The position numbers and the translations under genes were made by a program. Under the pieces are notes generated by a model that was not told the origin of the DNA, ran no database searches, and saw only the letters and a list, made by a program, of their open reading frames with translations. A DNA stretch of 64,000 bases, taken from contig NW_024704743.1 in assembly GCF_018977255.1 (NCBI RefSeq), forward strand, positions 56,050,001-56,114,000, in the 5' to 3' direction. Below are positions 51,851 to 64,000 of this stretch, in pieces (the stretch's first letter is position 1; each line of letters begins with the position of its first letter). The DNA comes from Callorhinchus milii. Its lineage: Eukaryota.

Positions 51851-53339
51851 GGAGTTTACCTGTTTAGATGGACATTAAAGATTCCATGACACTATTCAAA
51901 AATAGAGGGGAGTATCTCTTGGCCAGCCTTCTCTCGGATAAAAAAATATTCACTTTGTGGCTGTTTGTGGTGCATTACTGTTCATAAATTGACTGTTGTG
52001 TTTGCTTACAAAAATGCAGTTACCAGAAAAGCTCTCTTTGAGATGTTTCAATGGGCTAAGATCATAAATCAAACACAAGAGTTAGTATTTAGGATGTAGC
52101 CATATAGTAGACCTTTATAGGTGGGAGTTATTTAGAAAAAGTTAAAATAGAGAAATCAGATTCTGGGTTTCGTTTATAAGGACTTTGAAAAGAAATGCAA
52201 GGAATAGATATTACATGTTTAGAAAACATTGGGTAAGTGGCAATTGTAGTATTGAGCACAATTCTTATGTTTTATTTACTGTTCCCTTTCCAATGTTCCA
52301 CTGTGCCATGTTTCAGTGCAGGGGATGTACATGTAAACAACCTCAAGGACTTTATTACTATGTAGCTGCTGTAGATCAGGTCCAGGACGATAGAAGGTTA
52401 TTCAGTATTTTTATTTCTGCTCAAGAGATATGTATTTTGCTAATCAAAATTAATCTTCAGAATTCTCTGTCACATAATGATTTGAACACACACAACATTT
52501 GTAGCTAAGGGAAATAGCTGATTTTCTCTTAGCCCCCTCCTCCCCTCTCCACACCCACTGGGACAAAGAATTTCCTTGAAATAGCCCAGCTAATATCAGA
52601 AATAGTAAAGCAATTAATGCCAACTATTTTAAAATCAAGAGCATAAAACATTGAACAGAATAGAAGCCTCTCATCATCAAACCTTCTCCTTGCTAACGTA
52701 TCACTGATGTCATACAACCACACTTGGGGAAAGCTCCATTCTAGCACATTAATCCAGCTTTGCCATTCAAACCTGGGCTCAATCCGTTCTTCTTATTTTT
52801 TATTATTATTATAATTTCTGTGCTGCAGGAGCTTTGAAGGAGAAGGGGTCGACAGAGTTCTTACAATTGGTTTAGTGCCTTTCAAGTCAGCAGGACATCT
52901 CAAAGTAGTTCACAGGATAAACAGAGTGATTGTGTATTTGAAGGTGAATGCAGTCAATTTGTGCACAGCAACGTCCCACAAACAGATGATTAGTATATGA
53001 TCAATTATATCTGGAGAATTGTTTTCCAGGACACCATCATAAATTACTGTTCAATGCATCAAAGTATCTTGGCCTCCCATCAGAGGAAGGTGGAGTGTAG
53101 AAACCTAGCCACTAATTTTCTTATCAAATTTCCCCTCCAATCTTTCTCCTCTCTTGTGAATAATTGCCCTCTTTCTCTACTCTGGGTTTCACAAGTCCCA
53201 GTCATCCTCTGGTATCTCATTCAAGTAATCATTAACCACGTGTGAGCCTTTACAGTATGGCTAGAAGAATAATCAACATGTGCGAGCTTTACATCCAAGC
53301 TTAATACTGTACTAACTGACATCATGAATCAATGACCAT

Positions 53340-54460
53340 CCACAACAATAATTTGCATTTATATATGCCCTTCAGGTCAGGCAACATCTCAGAGCACTGA
53401 ACAATGGTTTAGTTTGACAGTTTAGTGCCTTGGGATGTCTTCCCTACTTGAAAGGCACTATGTAAATGCAATTTGTTGTTGTTGTTGACGCTGAGAAGAA
53501 AGGGGAGACGACCGTGTGCCCAGTGGAAGAGGGAAGTCATCAGGTGTAATCTGCATACGGGTGAAGAGAGGGCAAAGAAAAAGTATCGAGGCTGGGAATT
53601 CCAGAGGTTTGAGGTATAGTGGCCGAGGGATGCTCAGAAGGCCCAGGCCAGTTGAGAGAAGGGGCAGAGTAAAGGAATAGGGTGTGATCAAGTCAGAGAG
53701 GTAAGTAATTTGTAGTTGGGTATGAAAATTGATCCATTTTCTGAAGGAGCCAGTCTGGCCTAGCGAGGACTGGGATGAAAGAAGTGCAGTTTGGTATGGG
53801 TGAAGATACATGCAGTGGAATTGTCAATCAATTGAACTTAGTAAATGGTGGAGTTGGGGATTCTGGTGAGGAATGGGTTGGAGAAACCAAACCCAAATCG
53901 AGAAACTCAAGGACCGTTGATTGATTTTCCCCTTGTCAAACTCCTTGTGCTTCCTTGGCAGGTAGATGTTAGCTAACTTAATACAGACCAAGAACTGAAC
54001 CTGAACCTTGCTGGTTTGTATGAGCCTGCTTCTCACTAAATAAACTCAGTGAGCCATCTGGGAGGGGCCATTTTACCCTTCGAGTTTACTAACCGAAGGA
54101 AGCTTTGTTCTCACCGAGATGAATAACAGCACAATTCAACTGCAGCATTTGACAGACCTTGTAACAATACTGACCCAGCCATTCCCTTTGCTCAATGAAC
54201 TACTTCAAGACCCCCATCTTATCCACCTCATCATCATCAAACAGACTTTCAGGTATTCTGCTCCCGCTCTCTGGAAATCTATCCCAGTGCCCCACTGACT
54301 CGCTTCCTCCCTCCATTCATCCAAGACATACCTCTTTATGGTCATCTTTCTCCGCCCTACATCACTCCCACCCGCTCGGCTTCCACACCCAGCTGCAATT
54401 GTCAAGTGCTTTGAGATAACCTCCCAATGTGAAAGATGCTATAAAAGTGTAAATTGTATT
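53340..54460. mobile_element. Cluster of old L2 3' fragments and SINE remnants
   Basis: L2 termini at ~53341 (-), ~53487 (+) and ~54455 (+). Confidence 0.65.
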
Positions 54461-57085
54461 GTACTATATTCTCACTGAATCATTTGTCAATAAGGCAATT
54501 AATTTTCGTGCCAAACAACCATAAGCACTGCTCTATTTAGGATATATATAAAGGAACTACACCGCTGCATTACATTGCACCAAGTCTTAGCCTGTAAGAC
54601 CATTCTATCTTAAAATGTTTAATCTTTCGAACAAATAATCTTTTTTGGATTTCAAAAACTGGCTTCCAAATAAATTATCCATTAATCTGCCCAGTCTTAC
54701 ATTTCAGGACAAAATGGTCTTCTTGGGCTGAGACTGGATGGAAATTCTAGCATCAGATCCGTAGAAAAAACAATCCACCTGATGTAACACAGACCTTCAC
54801 TTGAAAAGTAATTTAGTAAATGAAGCAATACTGGTGATTATCTTCTTGGGATCTCTTTATATGGACACCCAGTGTCTATTTGAATTGGAAGCCTGTCTAA
54901 AGGGGCTATTGTACCAGACAAAGGTAACCACTCATCTTTATTGCCAACTTGTCTGTTAGTAGCCTCTGGATAGTTACAAAAGCTCAATGATTCCACTGGC
55001 CGTACATTGTAGAATCAATTGTTTCACTATCTTGCTCGATAAATTACTTCACAAAGCCTTTGCATAAGAACAATCAATAAGATTAAAAGCGCAGCAGAGG
55101 TACAAAATGCAGAAAAGTAAACCTGCTCTGTGTGGACTGGCATCTTTCCCTTCCTTAAAGTCTGAGACATCAATCAAATGAATTCATTATAAGCTCCTGG
55201 AGGCCGAGTCTGACGTCAGTACTGTGGGAAATAATTACACACCCACAGTTCTTAGCACACGACTGCTTCTCTGTCTGCCAAGGTTTGACAGCGTTTTTTC
55301 ACCCGTTTCGGAAGAGAAGTGGGTATCTGTCCTGCTTCTAAATTTTTCCCTAAAAGCGTGACTGTGGCTGATGCTAATGAGAGCAGAAATTTAAGGTGGT
55401 CGTGCGTCTCGCAATATAATTCAGGAACAACAGCTCTTCACGGTAGATGCTTTCTTCTGCAGCTTCTTGGAGCTCACATCAATAAGTTCTCCCGCACCTA
55501 CCTACCAGATCATCTTGACAGGTAAACAAAATAATATATGGTAACAAGATTGCAATAAATGCTTAGCGAATAAACAGTTTGCTCAATATAATGCTGACAT
55601 TTAAAATCCTGTGCCGATATAATTGAAATATCAAGTTATTTCTAATTGATTTTCAGAATTGCTATTTTAACTGTAGGATAGATAGAGCATGTTTTTAAAG
55701 CATTGAGAAAGGGATGGTGGCAAACATGATGTGTGTATGTGTGCTGGCTAGATACTGCAGATTAAACACGCAGGAACATTTGGGCTGATTTGAAAGAGTA
55801 GCTTAACATTCCACCCTATTTCACACATTGCCTAAAGTTTTTTTCCTCCAGAAGACAAAATGCATATCAAACTCAAATTGATTTTGTTGCAGTATGACAA
55901 TTTCACAAAATTATAAGGATGTTAACTCTTTGCAATTGACAGTAAATCATTTTACGCTAGGACCTTTATTTTAATAATCATTTATATGGTAAGTTTCGAG
56001 AAGAGAAATATTTAACCCATTGAATTTAAACTCTTTCACTAATACTTTCATATAATTTGTAATGATACTTCAAACATAAATCGTTTCAGTTGCTAAATGT
56101 GTGCGTTTTCGGTTCAATAGTATTGAGATTGAAAATGTAGCACTAGCAACAGGATTTATTCAAATTGAATCATGCCTGTGATCAGATGCGCCTCATGCCT
56201 ACATGCAGGACCTTCACCTTCATTTCAGTACAATTTTCTTCCCGAATAGTCTGAGTTCATACGGGTCAGAGTTACACCTACCCGGTTCCCTGGAAGAATC
56301 CATGTTTGCAAATTTCTGTTCTGAATGCTAACGCACTTCACCAAAAGTGTAAACTCAAGTTGAGTCCGCAGAGAAATTATTTTGGAAAGTTCCATTTTAA
56401 AACATGGCAAGTTGCATCAGCGTGTAGTAGTGACATGAAGCTCTGAGATTTTGTGTCCTGGAATGATACCACAATTGGCTCATACCAATAATTTTCTTGA
56501 GGTGGCTGAGCTTCTGACTTTAATTGTGTCATCATAATAATGTGCATCGACACAGTAATGAACTGAAGATCTGTCTATAACAACAATCTTCCTCTTTGAC
56601 CATAGGCATTAAATTATATTATGAGAATGAGACTATGCAGGACTCTGGCACCCTATGCTGTGTGAAGGGAGCTACATAAAACAATTTGAGATGTTCCTCC
56701 ATGAAGGGTGTTATATAAATGCAAGTTATGTTGTTATTCTTAATTTACAATTCATTCTTTGACATGATCTTAAGAATCTTAATGAAGAAAGTTCAAAATT
56801 AATTAACTAATTTCATATTCTTATGAAAATGTGATGATGACTTGTTTAAATAAGCTTATGGACATTATAGTAGAATAGTATTCATCTTTAAGACTGTTTG
56901 AGAAAGATTATCACATTTTTGTGGGGGTTACCATCAGAGATAGGTGCTGCTTATGTTTGCTGATAATTTTAAAATATATTCATGTGTTTAGTCTTGTGAC
57001 ATAAATGCAGGTCAATCTGTAAAGAACAGTTAACCTTACAACAAGTGATTGGTTTGTGGACCAAAAAACAACAGTGAATAATGAA

Positions 57086-57310
57086 CAAAACACAAAATAC
57101 TGCAGATACTGGAAATCTGAAACAAAAACAGAGAGAGCTGGGAAAACTCAGAAGGTCAGGCAGCATCTATGGAGAAAGAAAAGTAAGTCAATGTTTCGGG
57201 TCCACGATCCTTCGTCAGACGTTCTGAAGAAGAGTCGTGGATCCGAAACGTTGATTCACTTTCCTTTCTCCATAGATGCTGCCTGACCTGCTGAGTTTTC
57301 CCAGCTCTCT
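57086..57310. mobile_element. Palindromic Penelope-derived element with hammerhead cores in both arms
   Basis: Inverted arms around tcagacgttctga; CTGAAGA..CGAAACGTT (+, 57224-57252) and CTGACGA..CGAAACATT (-, 57190-57218); exact 14-bp duplication CAGTGAATAATGAA (57072-57085, 57311-57324). Confidence 0.85.
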
Positions 57311-58659
57311 CAGTGAATAATGAATGTTGTCAGGTGTAAAATCATCTCACAACAAATCCAAATTGGCAATAAGTACCAATAATTATAGTCTGAGTTGTTT
57401 TCTTTTGAGAATCTCAATCAGCTTGCTTTGCAAATGTCATAAATCAAATGGCTTCTTGGGTTTATAAACTAAAAGTCGCATTTAGCAGAATAAATTACAC
57501 CCCAATGTACTACTTATTACACATGGTACATGATAATGATATGACAAACTAAACAGAATACATAACACACAGATGATAGTTCTGAGATAAGCAAATTATT
57601 ATAATAAAAATCATAGACCAGAACTGGCAGCAATGTATTGCATTTCTATTTGGGTTCTGTTTTAACTGGGGAAGGGGGTGCAAATCAGCTTTTTTTTATG
57701 TTGAGAAATCTGAGTTACTTGATTTAGAACAATGGCTGTACAGAGCCGGACATAAACCTCACAGATATTAGATGAGTTTTACTGCTGTGGTGTTCTTCCC
57801 ACAGTCTTACTGAATCTCACTCCCATTTATAATTTGTAAGTTGCACATGGTTAAACCTTGACTTCTGAATTTGCATATTATATTTGCATCTGTTACATTT
57901 TTATCAGGTAACAAATGGGTCCCTGGAAGTACATTGTGCCAATCTATGGGAATTCTGCTCCAACACTACCTACTTCCGGAGCAGAGTTGCCATGGGTCAA
58001 TGGAAATTCTAATGAGATTCCTTATTAAGTAATCCCATTGAGAAATATTGCAAATGAAATCCAATGTTCTTTGAAGGTACATTAAACTAATCAATCTCAC
58101 TGCAGCATTTGCCTGATGTACAACATCAACTTGCAATTGCATATTATAGTGCCTTTCACGTGAAGGAAATGTGTCAAAATGGCTCACAAAGACTGAGAAA
58201 CAATCTTGAGATGGGAGAGGAACAGGAAGGGTAGGGAGAGGTAAATGTAAGATTGAAAGACACTGACAGGAGCCGAGCAGGACAGCCTAGATTTGTGGAT
58301 GTTGAGTTATATAATCAGTAAATGGCAACTTTTATAGCCTGATATCTAAGTATTTCTAGCAAGCTAAAGAGGAGTGGGGAAGAGGAGGAGGGGAGCTATA
58401 TTTGGGCCAACAAGCCCATTCATTTCACAGATATTGATTAGTGGTACTTAAAATCTCCGAAGGTTTGAGCCATTGCAGAGTGGCATCTAAAAACTAGAAC
58501 ATAAATAACCATAATAAAATCAGAAAAGCTAGCATCTGAAAGAGAAAGGTAGATTAATGTTTGGATAAACTATCAAGGAGCATACTTGAAACATTAAATT
58601 GTCTGAAAGAATCAACCTAAATTGTCTGCTTTTATAATAGCTACACAGCAGGAACAAAA

Positions 58660-59350
58660 AAAACTATCAAGAAGGGAAATTAGGATCTGGAGTGTATAAA
58701 TAATGCAATTGACTACAAAAAATTGGGCTACCAAGTTAGAATTGTATTGGACATTGGGGAGGGAACATCTGAAGTACTTTTGAAGTATGCACTCGATCCT
58801 GTGTGAAGCGTGTTATATAAGCAAATTGTTCTCCTATTGCAGTCTATTTTAGTGACTCAGTACAGCAAGGATGTCACCTCGATGGAGATTCATTAGAATG
58901 ATAGCGAGTAAGAGAAAAAAATACATCTACATACATCTACATGAAGAAAAGCTGGCCAAATTTGGCATGTTTCCATGGAACAAAGGAAAACGAGAGGGGA
59001 TACATGATAAGTGTTTTTTTTAATTCTGAGAAGGCACGATAAGGCAAATAGGTAAAACCAATTTCCTTTTATTGTGGAATTGGTGTCGAGAGGGAATGGT
59101 CTCAGGCTTGTTAGCAGTAGATTCACGGGCGAAGTTGGAAGAAGTTTTTTCACTCGGAGGGTTAGTGAGGGGTAGGATTCATTACCACAATAGCTTTCAA
59201 GTCTGAAGCAATATGGTCAATCAAAAGAGAATTGGATAAACTTTGAAAAGTAAAAATATAAAAGGATATTGTGAAAAATTTGAATGCAAGATTAATAAAA
59301 AAGGGCAGGTTAAACTGCAATACAGACACACTGGATCAAATGGTCTCTTT
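58660..59350 (+). mobile_element. Highly degraded CR1 3' region
   Basis: FSMEQRKTRGD-like codons; ttttttcactcggagggtt. Confidence 0.65.
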
Positions 59351-60534
59351 CTGAGCTGAAGAAGCTGTTTCTATCCTTCACAGTGATCTGACAGTTATAT
59401 TATTTTCGAAAACACAGACTTACATATTCATTTGCAGGAAATTATTGTGACTTTTTAATAAACCTGCAGAGCTTCAATAAAGTGCACTGGGAATCCATTA
59501 AAATGTAATTGTTGCACAACAGAGCAACAGTCTAAATATTTTAAGAGATGCTGTTCCAATTCACAGCTGGTAAATTGCACGGAGTCTTCTACAACAACAG
59601 TATAATTATCTCGGGGCTATTAACCTCAGCAATTTATGTCCTTTATGTGCTCACCCTGCAAAATATTAGGGTGAAATTAAAATGAAGATCATTTTTTTAA
59701 AAAAAATTAAACATGTGACTGTTAAATATTTCAATGACATTCATGTAGCTCAGAACTACAGCAAATGCAGTTTGAAAATTATACTTTGGAGTAAATAAGG
59801 CTGTGAGCATGACGAGGTTTCCTGAGAGCAAGATGATCCCGCAAAGGGGTATAATAGACATGATTTCATTTTGTCCTATCTGTCCTATCAAAGCTGATCT
59901 GGAAATCATTTCACTCCTGCAGTTTTCCAAGTCAGCACTGAAATCAAAGGCTATCGTCACAGCTTATAAAAAGTATCAGTGAAATCACCTTTTTTTTATT
60001 GCATTTCAAAGAAACAGTTCAGAGAAGGTGTAATAATTCTCTGTACCGTCTCCTATTATCTGGTGTTTCCTGAGGCTGAAGATTATATTTGGCCTTTTCT
60101 GCAAACAATTTTATAAAAAAAAAAATTGCTGTCACAGACTGGGATAGGGAGCATCCATCAAAGGGTTGCCTGCCGATTTTTAGAGCACTTGCACAACTGA
60201 AAATAATGCGAAATGGTGTTGGGAGTGCTCAACACTTTCCTCATGAAATGCATAAAGTATTTCTCACTCAGTAGTTTTTACATGCACTCAAAGCTCAGTT
60301 CTGTGTTATTATCGGGTGGAGGGCATTAAACTCGGCATCTATCATTTCCAGAGGATCTCATGCAAATTTTTCAATCATCTTTCTCTCCATTCCCCCAGCT
60401 TGGGTGCTCATCCAGCTTGGTCAAGCACTTTAAGATGTCCTCCTGACATGAAAACGGCTCTATAAACCTTAATTGTATTGTATCATGAATGGACAATGAA
60501 AAATAATATTACAGGTTAGGTGGATCGACAGTGA

Positions 60535-60905
60535 TAATAATAATAATCCTTGCATTTGATATAGCACCTTATCACGTCTTCTAGACGTCCCAAAGCGCAT
60601 CACAGAATATACAGTAAAGTGAATTGACTGTATAATTGTGGACAAAACATGGCAGCTAATTGCGCACAGCAGTGTCTCACAAACAGTTGTGGCTTGAAGT
60701 GACCAATTTATTACTTTTTTTTGAAGGAATTATTATCCCCGGAAAAATGATCCGCCAATCGACTAATAGCTGGGTTCCTACTTACTTCTAGGTAAAACAG
60801 AGGTCTGTGAAATAAGAAAACTTGCCCAACATTTTGCCCTGCGCGAATTGAACCCAGGTCTCCCACTAGTGAGGTGAGTGCTCTAACCAGTGAGCTACAG
60901 GACTC
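60535..60905 (-). mobile_element. Full-length tRNA-derived SINE (longer subfamily)
   Basis: Head gagtcctgtagctcactggttagagcac; core; (TTA)n tail. Confidence 0.92.
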
Positions 60906-61480
60906 AACAACAACAACAACTTGCATTTATATAGTGCCCTTCACCCGGGGTAGCGTCCCGGATCGCTTCACAGTGGTGTAGTGACAACGAGCCAAGGAGA
61001 GAGGTGACAGTAAGCATGATCAAAAATGAAGGTCTTTAGCAGGATTTGCAGGTGGGGATGGAGGAGGTCTGACTCACAGGAGAGAAGACGTTAACGGGAG
61101 TCAAAGAGTATGGCTTCCATCTTGCCGTCATTCGACTGCAAGAAATTTGCACTCATCTAGGCCTCGATGTCCATCGAACAAGCTGACAGGACATCAGCGA
61201 ACTGAGAATTGCAGTTGGAGGAGAAGTAGATTTGGGTGCCATCCGCATAGATGTGGAAGTTGACCCCATGTCTGCAGATGACATCACTGAGAGGGAGCAT
61301 GTAGATGAAGAAAAGAAGGTGGGCCAAGCATGGAGTCTTGGGGTACCCCGCAGGTGATGAGGTGCGGGGAAGAGGAAATACCATTGGCCAAGATGAAGTG
61401 CTAGCAATTGGTTAAGTAGGATTTGAACCATGTGAGTGTAGTCCCATTAAGGTGAATAAGGCAGGAAAGGCGGTGGAAGA
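60906..61480 (-). mobile_element. Old internally deleted L2
   Basis: (CAA)5 tail; IYMLPLSDVICRHGVNFHIYADGTQIY in ORF 61157-61384. Confidence 0.85.
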
Positions 61481-61607
61481 TTAGAATTAGAATATAAGAT
61501 TAGAAAATATTTTTTTAAAAATCTTGAGGTAAATAAAATCTTAGCACATTGAAGTATCTCAAAGTCCCAAATAATTACTGTTAGGAGTATCATTTCTGGA
61601 GGCAAAC

Positions 61608-62165
61608 ACAACAACAAGATTACATTCGTATAGCGCCTTTCACCTTGGGAGGACGTCCCAAGGAGCTTGACTGTGTACAGCATTTCAGACCCGAGCTGGG
61701 GTCAAGGAGGGAGAAGGGAAGGGAGGGGAGGGGAAGGGGGGTGACCGATGGCGTGGTTGAAGAGGAGGGTATTGAGGCGGGATTTGAAGGAGGCTAAGGA
61801 GGGGATGAGGCGGAGTGATTGGGGTGTGGAATTCCAGAGGTTGGGGGCAGAGTGGCTGAAGGCTCTCCTGCCAATTTGACACAGCAAGATCCCACAAACA
61901 ACCGTGAGGTGCATGAAGGATTGTTGTCGAGGACACCAAGTTAACTCCCTTCTCTTCTATTTTCAAAGAATAGCATGTTACCTTTAATGTCCAACAGCAC
62001 AGGGAGACTGGATTCTGTTTTTATGTCTCATCTGAAACATGATATCTCTAACGATTTGTTTTTATGTATCATCTGTTGGCCTGGACTATGAATCCCAATG
62101 TAAGCTTTGAACTCACAATCTTCTGTCCCAGAGGCAAGAGAAAAAACAACTGAGCTAAACTGCAG
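61608..62165 (-). mobile_element. L2 3' end (~61608-61868) joined to an old SINE body and head
   Basis: RAFSHSAPNLWNS; ccaatttgacacagcaagatcccacaaac core. Confidence 0.8.
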
Positions 62166-62479
62166 GATTAAGCACTAGCACAATGTACTGAATGTCTTCC
62201 ATCTGTGTTGTAAACATATTATATGATTCGACAAAGTATGGTCATTGGAAAACCAAAAATAACATTGCTTCTTCACCTCTGTTGAAATATTATTGCTATT
62301 GTTGAGAAAGATATTAGGAGAAAGCTCATAATATATTTACAAGAATCCCTTAATGTATTCCTTTAATATTTATAGTATAATAAATAGCTATAATAAAGTA
62401 TGGAACTATCACAAACACACTCCAGTAGGCAACCAAGTAATGCAAACTATTCACTAGGAAGTCATCAAAGGATGAAGTG

Positions 62480-62760
62480 AACGACCAATTTTATCTGGTC
62501 AGGACACTGGGAGAAACTCCTGTTTCGAATAGTTTCACAGGATCTTTAATGTCCACTTGAACAGGCAGTCAGGACAGGACCTCAGTTTAGCATTTCATGT
62601 GTAGGGTGACACCTGTAGCAATGAGTTTTACGCCATCCTTCCCCCCAGCAGTGCATTGGAATGTTTGCATAGACTATATGAGTTCAAAGTAATGACGAGA
62701 GATTTGAACCCCCAACAATCTGACTCAAAGGTGAGAGTGCTACCAACTGAACTAAAGTGA
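62480..62760 (-). mobile_element. Old Deu-type SINE 5' half
   Basis: ggacactgggagaaactcc...tgactcaaaggtgagagtgctaccaactga. Confidence 0.75.
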
Positions 62761-63199
62761 TACCTAAATCAGAGAAAAGCAAGAGGAAACTGAGATTGGT
62801 GCACTATTGTGAAATAGATCTATTATCTTCAAGAACTTCACATTTCAAATAGGCTTCTCCACATATGTTTGTTAGATTTATCAAAGATTCTCTTGCGTTG
62901 CTTTCATTACTATAGCACAGGCTGCACTTAGAAACATGATCACGTGACAATACTGACCCTGGAGACCTCCCATAGGGCTGTCACAAGATTTACATTCTAC
63001 ATCAAGTTTGTCATCCATGGATGAGTGGAACCTATGGCAACATTGCATAAATGGCCTAATGGTATCATTTGTTTCATGCAAAATCTGGAATATTTGTTTC
63101 CTCAATTGACTGACACAAAAAGAACACATGTAAAGACTAACAATAATAGATACTAATAAATAATCCTTACAATTGATATAGTGTCTTACAATCTCTTCA

Positions 63200-63885
63200 A
63201 AATGTTGTTCCTCTTAGTCCATATAGGGAGACAGTGTAGCCTGGAGAGGATGGCAATAATAGGATGCAAAGTTTTGTCTGGGTAGGGATATGAGTGAAAG
63301 AGGTTTGATTGAGCTGGGGCTTATGGACAGTGGAACAAGGAAGGTAGGCAACAAGAGCATTTGAAATTTTTTGATATGAATTGGGAATGAGAGAGTGACA
63401 GAGGTGGGTGATCCAACAAACATATCGTCTTGGTGAGCAAAAAAACAGCATTGTGAGTGAGAGAGTGACAGAGACGGGTGATCTAGCAAACATACAGTTT
63501 TGGTCAGAGACCGGATGTGGGGGTTGAATTAAATCAAATTCGAAGGTTGTACACGGAATCAGTGAGTTGGAGAGAGGCTAGGAAGGTTGAGAAAGTAGGA
63601 GCCAGATGCAAAGAGACATTGTTGGGAGTCGAGGAGAATAGTTCTGCCTTGTCCATGATAACGTGAAGAAAGTTAAGACTCATCCAGGACTTGACTTCAG
63701 GCAGACAGGCAGTCAAAACATCAGTAAATGTGGCTTCAAGGGTAGAAAGATAAAGGTAGATTTGGGTGTTATCCATGTACATGTAAAATCTAAACCCACG
63801 TTTGCAAATGATATCACCAAGGGGGAGCACGTAGATGAAGAAAACAATGGGACCCAGGATCGAGCCCTGAGTTACACCACAGGTG
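63200..63885 (-). mobile_element. Old L2 RT fragment
   Basis: [25 protein letters not shown] in ORF 63534-63830. Confidence 0.85.
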
Positions 63886-64000
63886 ACAATGCAAAATTAT
63901 GTCCTCATTTGAATCAATATACCTCAAGGCTAAACCAGCTCTGTTAGTGCTGCAATGGATGTTGTTCAAGTGCTAGAGGAGTCCTCTCCAGTCCCTGCTC

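Overview
Repeat-rich, AT-rich, CpG-poor vertebrate intronic or intergenic DNA, not prokaryotic. The repeat set points to a cartilaginous fish, possibly a holocephalan (inference): L2 LINEs with (TTG)n tails, tRNA-Ala-headed SINEs with a Deu-like core and L2-type tail, CR1 LINEs and Penelope-derived palindromes. I recognise no intact host gene. The long ORFs are broken L2/CR1 reverse-transcriptase fragments or their antisense shadows. Best observations: (1) two ~230-bp palindromic elements with 14-bp target-site duplications (TSDs) whose arms carry Penelope-type minimal hammerhead-ribozyme cores; (2) a hidden R4/Dong-clade restriction-like-endonuclease fragment, absent from the ORF track, that reads in frame across the L2 junction once a nested L2 and one TSD copy are removed; (3) a young L2 with a (TAG)n rather than (TTG)n tail matching its target site; (4) a 659-bp solo LTR inside a SINE; (5) an unclassified old repeat tied to CR1 3' ends; (6) MITE-like hairpins, candidate enhancers and unconfirmed small exons. 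No new multi-gene system can be supported. Family names come from recalled motifs, not searches, and boundaries of old repeats are approximate.
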